DNA of 56,009 nt, filler included, from Sphacelaria rigidula (taxonomy: Eukaryota), in NCBI GenBank assembly GCA_964200075.2. It is 5 parts of 5 records of this genome, joined end to end, with 100 filler letters (N's around TTAATTAATTAA, not from the genome) between each part and the next. Parts side by side here need not be neighbours in the genome. Positions count along the whole stretch, not along the records: positions 1 to 11,123 come from CAXNAA020005355.1; positions 11,224 to 22,345 come from CAXNAA020005356.1; positions 22,446 to 33,567 come from CAXNAA020005357.1; 2 more parts are not named here. The stretch is one strand, 5' to 3'. The translations under genes and the position numbers were made by a program. Under the pieces are notes generated by a model. The model saw nothing but the letters and a program-made list of their open reading frames with translations, was not told the DNA's origin and searched no databases. This document shows positions 10,884 to 22,530 of this stretch, piece by piece; the first letter of the stretch is position 1, and each line of letters begins with the position of its first letter.

Positions 10884-11020
10884 CTTCAGATTAAAAAGTC
10901 GTTCCGGCATCTGCGCAGTGCTGTACTGGGCGTTTGACTCGGACGTCTTCCGTGGTCACAGGCTACTACTCTATGTTAGGGTAAAAGGACAATGTACAGC
11001 GCAGATATTGGAACGGTTTT
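10620..11020 (+). mobile_element. Non-LTR retroposon 3' end interrupted by an inverted copy of its own family
   Basis: Plus copy has GTGACCACGGAAGGCGTCCG at 10778; minus copy spans 10819-~10965; the plus copy resumes at ~10993 (cagcgcagatattggaac). Confidence 0.65.
10819..10881. repeat. (GTT)21 microsatellite, the (AAC)n tail of the minus-strand retroposon
   Basis: Direct reading. Confidence 0.95.
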
Positions 11021-11023
11021 TAA

Positions 11024-11121
11024 CCCCTGGACCGCGACATAAGTCTTTCTGGATCATGCATACTTTTTTTCACTTGAAATTAATGCCGATTCAACATACG
11101 ACTCACCTCGCCGTCCATGGG
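11024..11121 (-). mobile_element. ~100-bp piggyBac-like MITE
   Basis: TTAA|CCC...GGG|TT(gap); reverse complement of the 7907 copy. Confidence 0.7.
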
Positions 11122-11123
11122 TT

Positions 11124-11223
11124 NNNNNNNNNNNNNNNNNNNNNNNNNNNNNNNNNNNNNNNNNNNNTTAATTAATTAANNNNNNNNNNNNNNNNNNNNN
11201 NNNNNNNNNNNNNNNNNNNNNNN
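11124..11223. other. Artificial contig linker N44-TTAATTAATTAA-N44
   Basis: Identical 100-bp spacer at all four gaps; the core gives stops in six frames. Confidence 0.98.
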
Positions 11224-12406
11224 TTTTAGGCTGGCCCAGCTCGTAAGCTGCAGGGTTGCGGTGGTAGCTGAGAATGAGTTGGATGGTGTTTGCATGGTCC
11301 TGTGTACAGGTGTTTTTTGGCGTGGTGGTCTGTAAGACAGGAGTCAAGTGCCAATTCGTGCCTTTCGACTGCATGTTTTCGATCGAAAAAAAAACTTCTT
11401 CTCTCGTTGCGTTCTTCTCCGCACGCCGCTAATTATAATTCTGAGTTGAAGCCTTCGAGGAACATAAATGCGGTGGACGTATCAGATCTGCAAAAAAAAA
11501 ATCGACCGCACTTTTTCGATCGAAATAAAGAGGTGCTAAAAGACAGGCCCTTATATGGAGCGGCCTAAAGATCCAAATTCGATGTTCGATTTGCAATCAA
11601 GCAATAATATTCCGTGAAATTTCCAGTCTACCAAGTAGTTATATCTACGGCCCATGCGACTTTGAAATCTGAAAATCTGCCCGTCAGTCGCTGGGACAAC
11701 AACGGCTCATGTTTCAAACGACAGGAACGTCATTGTGTCTCACCTAGATTTTTTCATGGATAAAACCCCCACAGCTCGGTGCACACCTCTACGTGCCTGC
11801 CGAGTCGTAGATGAGCGTTTGAGCTGGCCACAGTTCGCCGCCGCCGCCTCTCCTGGCGAACCTGCAACTCCCCAGACTCCCTGGCTACATGTTGACGGGT
11901 GCAACATGAACGCGCTACACACCCGCAAGTCGTATGGTATTGTGGTCGTGAGCACAGTGGCTGCAGCAACAGCCAATCGGCGCAGAGACCTCGTACTTCT
12001 CTGCGGGGCAAATGCGCAGCCCATTGTGAATCGTTCGGTACTGTGTCACACACAGTTATATTTCTCATAGCCCAACACGCACCCCGGCCGGTGAAGATGG
12101 GCAGGAAGCAACGCTGTACACAAGTTTCATGCCATCATCTAGTTAAATAGCTACTAATTTTTGGATCATTATCCATGGTATCCCCGTTGGATCCAAACAG
12201 CCAGCAGCAGTCTGCAGCAGTAGACAGCGGCAGTCTACCTTCCTTATACACTGAGAGTTCTTCGTTGTCGAAGCCGGAAAATCAAAACTCACGGCATCGA
12301 TAGAAAGTCCTTCAACACTTGAGAACCGCCCGCAATGCTGTGCTGTACACCCTCGCAGTACCTCGCACCTTAGAAAACTGCATCGCACGGCGTTGACCAT
12401 ACTGTA

Positions 12407-12867
12407 GTGAGTGAACAGTGCACCACGACGGTCCGGCGGTACTTCACACGTCGTCGACTGATAATGCGAGGGCCAGCACGAAATCCGCCTCGGCCATCAT
12501 TACCTCTCACACCATTACCGACAACATCGGAACCCCGCCAAATGCCGCCAGATCATTCCCCAGCCGATTCGTTGCCGCTGCCGCTGTCTGTGTCGCTGGG
12601 GTTACCACGATCTGCGGGTAAGCGACCTAGAGCACCTTCAGTAGCTTTGTCCGCCGACGGCAGGTGGGCAACCAGCAACCTCTCTGTTACTGCTGCAGCA
12701 GGACAGGCTGAAGCCATCCGGGGGAGAAACACTGACGAGCGTAGTAACACGGCCGCAGGAGACTCAGGTGATGGCTGGGGAATCAGTGTATTGGACATCG
12801 GAACGGCGAAACGAGGAGGTGATACGAACAGTGGCGACAGCGTCGGGGAGATCCATCACACGGGCGT
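12407..12867 (+). CDS. Possible low-complexity (Pro/Ser/Gly-rich) exon of the WW-domain gene
   Basis: Open frame ending GGC|gtaagt. Acceptor and linkage to downstream exons not established. Confidence 0.35.
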
Positions 12868-13468
12868 AAGTGTGGGGGTGGCTTCGAATATTCGTTGACT
12901 CAGTCAGCAAGATTAAGCCCGGTGCTATTGGCAGTTGGTTATTGATTTATATGCTGAGTAGAAGACAGGCACTAGTTAATGCTTGGTTGGAATGCAACAT
13001 ATACATCCGAGGGCCGTAGTGTGACGTGTGCGGCGGAGTGGAGGCGGCCGTGGGTTCAGGTTAACAACAGAAGAGCGAAACAAGGGAGCAAAGTATTTGC
13101 ACTAAGCTTACCAGAGGGAGGAAGCGAAACAGAGAGGAGAGGGGCTTAATATGAATGCATATTTGGCACTCTGCTCGAAACATGAGGTTTCGGGTTGCGC
13201 ACGAAAGCTTGCTTACCATCGCACGTGGACATCCTCACTAACAGCCCGTTGGTCGATGCATATTTGATTTGCTCTTCACCTTTGGCGAAAACGCCTCCGC
13301 AAAGAGTATCCTTGCCAGGGCGACTGTAAACATAACAGAATAAAGCCGAACGCAGCACCCAAGTCGAGCGGAATCTTGCGGCGTTCCAAAATACGTAGGT
13401 ATGTACGTGTAACGATATCCATCGGCTTTTCTTCCAGATTTGGGTTTAAAATCTTGGCTCAACCTTAA

Positions 13469-13563
13469 CCCGTTGACCGCCAGGGTGGGGTCATCTGCGT
13501 CTTGGGTACATTTTCAAGTGGAGACGCTGCCGATTCGACAAATCTCCCATCGTGTTCAAAGGG
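13469..13563 (-). mobile_element. ~100-bp piggyBac-like MITE
   Basis: TTAA|CCC...GGG|TTAT; contains ttttcaagtggagacgctgccgattc, the reverse of the family core. Confidence 0.7.
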
Positions 13564-15248
13564 TTATCAGCACACCTTCTTCTGCTTGACCTCTGCGTCC
13601 ACAGCTGCATTTTGTTTCAATACCAAAATAAGTTCTTGAACATCCCTTAGGTACCAGAGCTCAGGAGTAACAAGTGGGTCGTGCAGGCTGTTGGCAAGTA
13701 AGTTGAGAAAAAAAGTGTTGATAGAACGGGTTTTGCCCTAAACTGAGCCTCACGAGCACCTCGAAATACAAGCCCTGGTCCCACAGTGGATGCAAACAAA
13801 GTCTAAGCTGATCTCAGGCGACGGGAGGAATAAATTATATTATGCAATACAAACGAGTAAGGCTTTACCCATATGCCGGGGCTCACCAGCGGGGACTCAG
13901 CAAGCCCATAAAAGAACGAGACGTTGTCCAAAGGTCGTCGCCTAGGTCGAAAAAAGGAGTGAGGGAGGGTGGTGGCCTCAACCCATCTCAGAAAAATCCA
14001 TCTGATACGTATTGTCATCTGCCACAGCTAGAACCATAAATATAACCCAAACATGCCTGGTAATATGCCCAAACCAAGGAACACTATGAAAGTCCGGTAC
14101 AGTCTCTGGTCGGTATATTCGCCTCTTACAACCTGCTGGGCACCGGTTGATGCTCTGCGGACGATGAAAAGTAAATATCCAAAACTTCATGAGGTAAGCC
14201 GACAGAATCAACCATGACTTACATCCGAAATCCGCTACTGCCCGAGTATATCTTACGTTTACATCCGTCCATTAGAACTACTAGTACTCATCGAGACCCG
14301 TTCCTCAAAATAGCATAACAAAATATTGTTCAAGCTTACCGGCGATGTGGCAAGCAAAGATCAGGCATGCTGTGGTGCGACGCTCGACTTCCTCGCGAGA
14401 GCGAAACGAGACGAAATTCTCAACCTTAAACTCGGGAACACCAATGCAGCCCACCCGTTTACAACACAAGCACTGCAATCGTCAATGTCTAGAGCATTCT
14501 TGCGAAAAATAAAGCTATTCGATGATTGATCGAAAACCATGGCTTACGTCATGAGAAATACGAAAAAGCAATGAATGCCACAACGGTGTACGTCTATTTA
14601 CCACGGCCACGAAAATCTGGTCATGGGTGAGTTCGCAAGCGGTACGGGCATAAGAAAGTCCAATAATATGGCCATTCGCGCCTCCTGGCCACCTCAATTG
14701 CGGGTAATGCGCCGATACCACTATATAGGTCGGCAAAACACACACTTTAGAGAACAAGACTGCCCAAGGCATCCACACGCGTATATTATGCGTTCCTCCC
14801 GGACAGAAAATATCCCAATTCCTTCACACGGAGAGGATGGGCCTTCCAAACACAGGCTGGCCCGCACCGACCATGGGCGTGATTGCACATAGTGGGAACG
14901 CCCTTCCAGCGCCATTTGAAGCATTGCTTCGCCGCCGAGGTCGGAGGAAAACTTGCACCACGAAAACATCGTCCCGAAATGGGTAATCCTAAACTAGTCG
15001 TCATGGATCCTTGAAACCTATTGAACAGTACTTGCCCTTTATCAGCAGTCAGTATAATTGAAAACAAACTGTAAAAGAGGGCTTAACATATTCCTCAACA
15101 TATCTGATGTGAGATCACCAACCCTCGCCTGTGAAATGCTGTTGGCAGACCAACACATCGCTGCATGACCGTCCCCCGCGAGTGCAATTGACGTCAATTC
15201 GGAGCTGGCACGGTGACGGTAGAGGATCCTATCCAAAAATAGAAGCAG

Positions 15249-18200
15249 TTTCATCTCACTTCCGACAATCGGTCTCGTCTGAACCCGAACGTCATAGCAG
15301 CAGAACTATGCCTGACGTGAATGCTGTGCTGCATACAACGGTCCGTCATCCCGCATCGAACAATCTAGGTGAGAATACTGGGTGCTACCACAGCATCATC
15401 GCCGACTAGGTACCTCTGATAGAACTCGATTTATGTCAACCATTGAATGTTGGAAAAAATAGCGCTATTCGATCACCATATGTTGCTCCAGTCGCAGATA
15501 TGCCAGGGAATCTCCAAGCGGCGTTTATCCGACTTTACAGGCTGTATAGTCCATATTTCCAATGCCGTTCACGCTTACCTCATGCACAGTCTCGTCTTCT
15601 GCGATACCTGCAATCAGCGGAACTCTCACGTTGTATCCTCCACATAAGGACAAGAGTGTGTCGGCTCTATCTAGTCTGAAATAGTTTGAACGCGAAGGCA
15701 ACAGGACGTACAAAACGGTTTTACAGGGTATATGAGTCACCTCTTTACACGTGATATTGCTGATGTCCATGACCCATCGTTACTGTAGTATCGCCGACTT
15801 CCTGCATCCAAGGTTGCGGGTATGCGTTGTACATGCTGACGCGTATAAGGGCCGCGCATGAGTAGACCAGTTGCTCGCCAGGATTTAATGAGATGCCGAA
15901 ACCATGCATCCTAAAGATCGGTGGGGAGCCTGTTCGAGTGTCCGTGGAACGTGTTCAAAGAGTCGTCGGCGAAACACAACACACACGAATCCCGATCTTT
16001 CCCGTGTATCGATGCAAACTCGCTCTCGATAACCGCTGCCGCGGTCATTATTTGCGGAGAGACACCGCCCTGGGTCCATGATCGACGGTGCCTTGGTCGA
16101 CAATAACACAAAATGTTTCGGCGTATTCATAGCTGGACTGCGAGCGTTGATCAGTGCATAAGCCTGGCGTGCATCTACATCTACTCTGCTGCCCTGAATC
16201 CGTGGGCTTTCTCCTCTTATTTTTTTCCCCCCAGTTTTTGTTCTTGTTTTAGATCGGGCATTCCTTTCTGTGCTTTCCTTTTGTTGACTTTTTTTCATGT
16301 TATCATGACTTTTTTTACGTCTCAGTCTACTCTGTCTCTCTCTTCGAATTTTTTATGTTCCTTCTTTTTCTTCAGCGAGTGTTTCCGTTTTCTTTTGCTT
16401 GGGTGCGTCTATTTTGTGACCACGGCCGGATCCCTGGGGGGTCAGTGAAAGTGCGACAATTAACGAATCAATGAATGAATCAATCAATTAATAGGCAACA
16501 CGTTCCTCGCGGACGACCAAAGGGAGGATCCACATGCTTCACAGGTAGGCGTTTGGGCACGCGCAGGCGAAGATTTCGATATCCCCTTCCATCGCATGTT
16601 TCGCCATATTTGTCGAAGGAAGGAACGTACAGATTCCACCACATAGCCGATAGCCATAATCGGTACGGAATCTCTACCTGGGATCCCTCTGCCGTGAGCT
16701 GCTCCAAACTTTTTCTCGTTGACTAAAGTTGTCCTGCTTCGTGCTAAAGATAGCGCCAACAATCGCGCGTGGAAGTAGTCACCGATGGTGCACCACCCCC
16801 ATAGTTCTGTAAGCTCCTGTATTTTCGTTTCTCTTGTTCCCGAATTTCAGCGAAACCTCCGCCGCCACGTGGTCCACCGCCTCCGCACATCTTGCTGGCG
16901 CAAAAGAGACGGCGGGAAATGGCAGCGCAGGTCAGTCACAACGAGCGCTCAGCCTTGACGCCAGACGAGACGCGTCGTCTGAGTGTCGTATTCCTAGGTC
17001 GGTATACCATTTGCGGCATATGATGATTTTGCGCGGGATATGACCAGAACTCGTGGTCTCACGAACGCTGACAGGTACAGCGGGAAGTAAAACAGGCGAT
17101 TTACCCTAATGTGCGTGTTTGGTACTGATGACGTTTTGGGGAATATTGATATGTTCGAAGCATTGTGAAAATGATATTTGATTTTACGTCCGTCCGCGGC
17201 GGTAACTGGGCACGTAAGGCGCAGAGATAGAGTGGGCATGAGAGTACGGTAGCCCTTGTATCTGAGGTCGATACACGGTTGCGCATGGGACGCCGGTACG
17301 CCTTCCAAACGGCAGGAAACAGACGACGCCACTTTGTGGTGTCGACACGCGATTTGTAGACGGAATCTTGTCATGTGCGAGGATACAAGAGGACTGCCCA
17401 TGAATTCCATTGTATTATACACATATACACGCTAAAATGATACACAGAACCGTAGTGTACTATATATGTACTATATATGTATTTAGGTGTGTAGCTTCAG
17501 TCGCATGATGTCACATGAGGCAGTGTACAGAGCGAAGTAATGCACTTGCCAGTATAACAATGACGCGCACACGTGGTAGACACAACAATCAACGAATCAC
17601 ACACGAACCAGTAGCCAGACAATATATCGAGATTCTTCCTGAGATAAAGAACGGTAGACCCAACATCTGAATATTTGGAACGACAGGCTGAGGCATCGGT
17701 GGTACTCCGAACTCCACCCGCGATACTGCACATGCTAGGCACTAACCATCTCGGAATGGTTCACTAATGTTTGTCTATGGTACCTACCCTCCAGCAATGG
17801 GCAGCCCCTTCATGTGACGGTCGGAAGTGCGTAGTTGGAACTCAATAACATTGTGGGCAGCTTTCATGGCGACTCATATGTATACTCTACCCACTCGATC
17901 ATATCTACGGCAACAGCAGCAACAACAAGCTCGAGGAGCCGGACTACCAAAACCATCCCAAGACGGAATGGACTCTGCCACTGTCCGGCGCCCCGCCAAC
18001 CAGCAGCGGCACGAGGGACATCGAACTGGAATTCAGCATCTCATGAATGCCGGCGCGAGCATACTTGGTTGTGGGGAGCGAAACAAATCGCTAGCAGCAG
18101 TACCATCATCATCAGTCGACAGCGCGGGTGGGAGAAATCAGCTGTCTCCAGGCAGACGAGTAGAGGGAGTACAGCCCGCCACTACCACGTCGCTTCCTCC

Positions 18201-18414
18201 GGCGGAAACCTTGACTACGGATAGGGGGGGTGGATTGGTGGTGGGGTCTGTGAATATGTCGGCGGGGGGCGCGGCGGACGGTGCTGTGGGGCGGGGGGAG
18301 GGATTGAGAATTATGTCAGATTGGGAAGAGTTTTGGGATGAAGAGGTGGAGGCTTCGTACTACTATAACTCGGTCACTCGTCAGGCACAGTGGGTTCGGC
18401 CGGACGGTTGGTAG
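15249..18414 (+). CDS. 3' exons of a low-complexity protein with a C-terminal WW domain
   Basis: Phase-consistent exons 15249-15368 (weaker acceptor), 16851-16930 and 17917-18414. The product ends SDWEEFWDEEVEASYYYNSVTRQAQWVRPDGW*, a W..YYYN..T..W.P WW signature. Confidence 0.75.
16200..16490 (+). mobile_element. Non-LTR retroposon 3' end with (AATC/AATG)n tail, intronic
   Basis: T-rich tract, GTGACCACGGCCGGATCC at 16416, then aatcaatgaatgaatcaatcaat. Confidence 0.65.
16851..16930 (+). CDS. Pro-rich internal exon of the WW-domain gene
   Basis: Strong polypyrimidine tract, ttcag|CG KPPPPRGPPPPHILLAQKRRREMAAQ|gtcagt. Confidence 0.75.
17917..18414 (+). CDS. Terminal exon with WW domain (~18316-18411)
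   Basis: caacag|QQQQARGAG...WW motif, TAG stop. Confidence 0.85.
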   Translation, partial: QQQQARGAGLPKPSQDGMDSATVRRPANQQRHEGHRTGIQHLMNAGASILGCGERNKSLAAVPSSSVDSAGGRNQLSPGRRVEGVQPATTTSLPPAETLTTDRGGGLVVGSVNMSAGGAADGAVGRGEGLRIMSDWEEFWDEEVEASYYYNSVTRQAQWVRPDGW

Positions 18415-19590
18415 TAGAGGTTTGCGTCCTTCTCCAAATGGAGTATATGATAGCCGGTGGAGCCCTACTAGTCCCGGCACAATAATTGACGACCTCCTCT
18501 GTGTTTGCGAGTATTATCCCCTCCGAAAAGATAACGTGTGTGTTGCGGTGCATGGCCCACGATTTAGTTCGTGTATGACTACACCAAAGCAATTTTTCTC
18601 CATATTTATAGAGACCCACCCGCCTAGGGTCCTTCCTTCACCTGTGGTATCCGGCGTACCATGAGGTTAAAAGTCGTTTATCACTATGCCCTTGCTGACC
18701 TGTGGATGTTGATTATCGATATTTCATATTGTAAGGATTTCAGGTATGATTAGACTTGACCAAAAGGCAAGTGTGATGAACTCTTATTGAGCTACCGGCC
18801 CCATGTAGCGTAAATACTCTCACGAGAAGCAATTGCTGGGAGCCACTCAACCCTGTGAGACGAGGGAATAAGCATTACACTAGCGATACGGGATAAACGA
18901 GGCCAGGAATCCTGTCAACCAAGAATATATTCAACCTACCTACTGTGCGAATAAAAATATATAAAGAAAAAGGGGTTATGCTGGTCTTTGCTGCTGAGAG
19001 ACAGCACGGTTGATCTGCACCGTTCCTGATACCCACCTGGGCTGCGACCGCAGGTGCAGCGTAACCCCACCACATTTGGCGTTTTTCTTTCGTGTCTACT
19101 CGATTCTCACGGACTGTTTTCCCTTCCTTTTGGTTAAAAATAGTTGATTCTTTATCAGCTGCACTGTTTTCCTTGTCCGCGACAGCCTGCGCTGCCTCAT
19201 TGTTGCCGCTTGCCATTTCATCTTATTCTTCCCCTTTCTGTAAGTCACTTGATTTTTTCTGCACGAGCAATGTTTAGGCCCGCCGTACGCATTGCTCGAT
19301 TTTTGCGGGCCTACCGTGCACGCTGTTGGGTTGTCTCACTGTCCATCCTGTGGCTCACGTCGTTCTGACCGAAGATAGCACTTCCGTCCAAACCGCATCC
19401 TTTGCTACTACTATATATTGCGGCGCTTGCGACCCTCCCCTTTCCGTTTCTATCTCCACATCCCCTTGGGATTTACCGCCACGTGCCCCACACGTATCTT
19501 GTAATCCGATATCGGGGGAACGCAACGACTCTGTTCTCGCGGTCCCCCCCCCCCCCAGCGTGGTCCGGCGAAAACCCGGCGGAAGATGTT

Positions 19591-19811
19591 GTAATGCGTG
19601 CGAGGACCGCGTGCTTAGATGACCGCATCGGAGTTTGAACATCCCTATGGTTAGGGTTAGGATTAGGGTTAGGGTTGGTGATACGGTTAGGGGTATGGTC
19701 AGGGGCGTGGTACCTCCAGGGAGTGACCCGATTGGTTTTGAAAAACGTCGATCCTGAGGTGTCTTGAACTACGGCGCGGTCCTCTAAGCACGCGATCCTC
19801 TCACGCAATAC
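19591..19811 (+). mobile_element. Telomere-repeat-bearing MITE, copy 2
   Basis: TIR gtaatgcgtgcgaggaccgcgtgcttaga / tctaagcacgcgatcctctcacgcaatac; internal ggttagggttaggattagggttagggtt. Confidence 0.9.
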
Positions 19812-20720
19812 TGGTGTTGAACTTGGCTTCAGGCTGGGCCCGTGTTGGAGGCATTATCTGGTGTCGGCGAGCCAGCAAAAGAACTAAGAGGCACCAGAAC
19901 CCCAACAAGTGCTAGGATTGAGACGTCCCAGTACGTTGACTACATCCCACCTATATACTCGAAACGAACAAGCTGGAGACTCTCTCGAAAAAGATCGAGA
20001 GATAGAGAGACCGTAAGGAAGGGCGGAGGGAGGAGTAAAGAGTGGACGGGTAAAGTTCTATTGGTGCTGGTATTCGGATTTCGTAACGATATGACGCGAA
20101 TAGAGTTTGAAAGAAAATGCAAGGGAGTTGAACCATAATGTTTGGCAAGAGGAAAAATAGAAAGGTAGGGAGAACACTTCCGATTCACGCTGAAACAGAG
20201 CGCGAGCACGGAGTGGGAAATAATAGAGACATGTAAGGTGTCGGCTTGGGTTAGAAGGGTAAGATGGAGAGTATGTATTGCTAATGGAACACCAAACCTA
20301 GGACGTACTCCACGGGTAAACGGAGAGAGAGAGAGGCAGGAACAGGTGAGTGCTCGGGAGGGGAAGGGGTGGGGACATAGCGGCTCGGAGCAAATAGACA
20401 AGGACCAACACAGACACGGGAAGAACAACCAAGAAAGGGAAAATAAAAGTAAAAGCGACAGGGAGAGAACAGTAGACAACACGAGAGCAGATAATGATAG
20501 ATATACTATGAGATAGATGGTGGCCACAGACGGCGAAACAGGACGGGGATAAAATGTGTCAAAGGTTTTTGTGCAATATATGCAAGAAACGTAATGATCA
20601 CCTAAATGTTGGAGGTGTATCTATCAGGAGTTGGAACGGTGCTCCGTCTCGAAAGGGATGCGTGGTCGATGGCCAAATGACAAACGCTAGCAACAAATGA
20701 GTACCCCCCCCGCCCCCCCT
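19812..20720. repeat. ~900-bp purine-skewed non-coding repeat ending in the copy-B motif
   Basis: The terminal ~90 bp match 8188-8273 and 22446-22530. The extent of the rest is inferred from composition. Confidence 0.5.
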
Positions 20721-21253
20721 TGCTTATTTACCAACCCCCTTCCACCTTTAGGCTGATTTCGCGAAAAATCGGCGTGTCCGTTCCGGCTTTGCAGGGGCGC
20801 ACCCCTATGGGGTTGGCGTCGGTTGGCGATGACGCTGTGAAACACGCCACTCGCTGCGTAAGCTAAGCAACCAGGTCACTAATTTGTTTTGGCGCGCTTG
20901 CGTTTGTTTTGAGGTGATCATGATAGTGGTCAAACCAGATCATATTGTGCGGGGTGGGAGAACCTCAACTCCGCGCAAAGAAGATGATGATACTACGTAG
21001 TGTTTTATTGATGAGATACCCACGAGGCAGTATGTATTAGCCGTGGCTGTCGCTGGAAGCGGTGATACCAGCAAATGAAGCAACGCATTGAAGGCTGTCA
21101 TCCGTATACAGGATAATCAGTACGCTTCGAGCCGAACAATTTCAGCAGGGTGCAGCTCACTGCGACTCGCCGAACACATCACGGCGCTTCACGCTTCATG
21201 ATTGATTGCCGCCCTGGTCCGGCGAAAACCCGGCGTGCTCCGTCCCGGCTTTG

Positions 21254-21685
21254 AACACGGGATTTAACAAATTGGGAATGGGTCTTTATTGGGGATGAAA
21301 ACTCGGAGAAGTAAACTCTGCGTATCTACACCAGATCTTCGAAGCATGCTTCCATTTTTTCACTTGCTGGTTGCTATTGGCAACTACCACACGACATACA
21401 AATTTGGACTTCGATAGCCGCAATGTTGGGGTCCTAGGTGAAAAACTAATTTTGGGGGACTTGAGGTATCCGATCGGATGCCAAAATCGGTTTTTCACCT
21501 AGGACCCCGACAGTTCGGTTATCGAAATTCAAATTAGTGTGGCGTGTAGTAGTTGTCAATAGCAATCAGCAAGTAAAGAAATGGAAGCATACTTCGAAGA
21601 CTTGGTGTGAATACGAAGATTTTGATTCTCCGGATTTTCATCCCCAACGAAAGACAACCATCCCCAATACGTTAAATCCCGTGTT
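21254..21685. mobile_element. Foldback (hairpin) MITE with ~195-bp arms and a TTTG target duplication
   Basis: aacacgggatttaac...cctaggtgaaaaac pairs with gtttttcacctagg...gttaaatcccgtgtt; tttg at 21250-21253 and 21686-21689. Confidence 0.9.
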
Positions 21686-22345
21686 TTTGTAGGAATGCGA
21701 AGTCAATGGTTATATGACTACGGAATGCAAGATTATGAGTCCCCCCCCCCCCCCCCCGTCCCATCCTGGCATGTTGTACAGCCCATCGATATCGTCTATT
21801 CATTGTGTGTGTCACATACCCCGCTGACTTGTCCCCACTTTAGTAGCTCTTTTTTTCTTCACACTCTCGTGCGGACTATTTGCAACACTGTACTCCACTT
21901 TTTTGCTGCTGCTCCTGGTTGTGACAGCATCTCTTTGCATCCGACAGGCCTCTGCTTCTACATGTGCACGTTCGCATTTCCGCGAGTCACCTGCTTGCCA
22001 CCTGCTATTTATAGCACTTAAACTCCTCTAGAGCAGAACCAGAACAGAGCCACCCCTGCGGACACCGTACACACGGCTATCAATAGTACCTATTGATAGC
22101 ACTCGCTTTTAATTGTCGCTTGTGTGCTCAGCTTTAAATTCCCGATATACTTTTTAGACCCAACGGTGCGTGACCGCGCTTTTTTTTGTTTTTCCTCTGT
22201 GCGGATTCCAACCTGTCTTGAAGCTTACCGCACGTCCTTTATACGATTTTCCTGGAGTTATTTCTGGTCTCCCCCCCCCCCCCCCCCCCCCCCCCGCCGA
22301 CGACGCCCAGTACGGACGGCAGGGAACACAGTCCAGGGCAGAGCA

Positions 22346-22445
22346 NNNNNNNNNNNNNNNNNNNNNNNNNNNNNNNNNNNNNNNNNNNNTTAATTAATTA
22401 ANNNNNNNNNNNNNNNNNNNNNNNNNNNNNNNNNNNNNNNNNNNN
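22346..22445. other. Artificial contig linker
   Basis: N44-TTAATTAATTAA-N44. Confidence 0.98.
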
Positions 22446-22530
22446 AGGAACGGTGCTCGGTCTCGAAAGGGATGCGTGGTCAATGGTCAAACGACCAAGA
22501 CAAGCAACAAGTGAGTACGCCCTCCCCCCT
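22446..22530. repeat. Dispersed repeat end, copy C (at contig edge)
   Basis: Matches 8188-8273 and 20633-20720. Confidence 0.85.

Noticed and set aside
10510-11175. 221-aa ORF with poly-Val as a membrane protein
   Set aside because: It is the translation of a (GTT)21 retroposon tail and runs into Ns.
11168-11179. TTAATTAATTAA repeated at ~11.2-kb intervals as a biological periodic signal
   Set aside because: It is always centred in N runs and is a six-frame-stop assembly linker.
11227-11567. hAT-like MITE with TAGGC..GCCTA ends
   Set aside because: The inverted match is short and imperfect, and the left flank is in the gap so no duplication can be tested.
18875-19320. Charged minus-strand ORF as an exon or gene
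   Set aside because: There is an in-frame stop just upstream, no recognisable domain and no linked exons.
19473-19808. ORFs with PNPNPN repeats (also 35318-35926, 2603-2914, 38636-39001)
   Set aside because: They are translations of CCCTAA/TTAGGG tracts inside non-coding MITEs.
19940-20527. Hydrophobic Leu/Ser-rich 195-aa ORF
   Set aside because: It results from a CT-rich strand of a repeat, with no domain or splice support.
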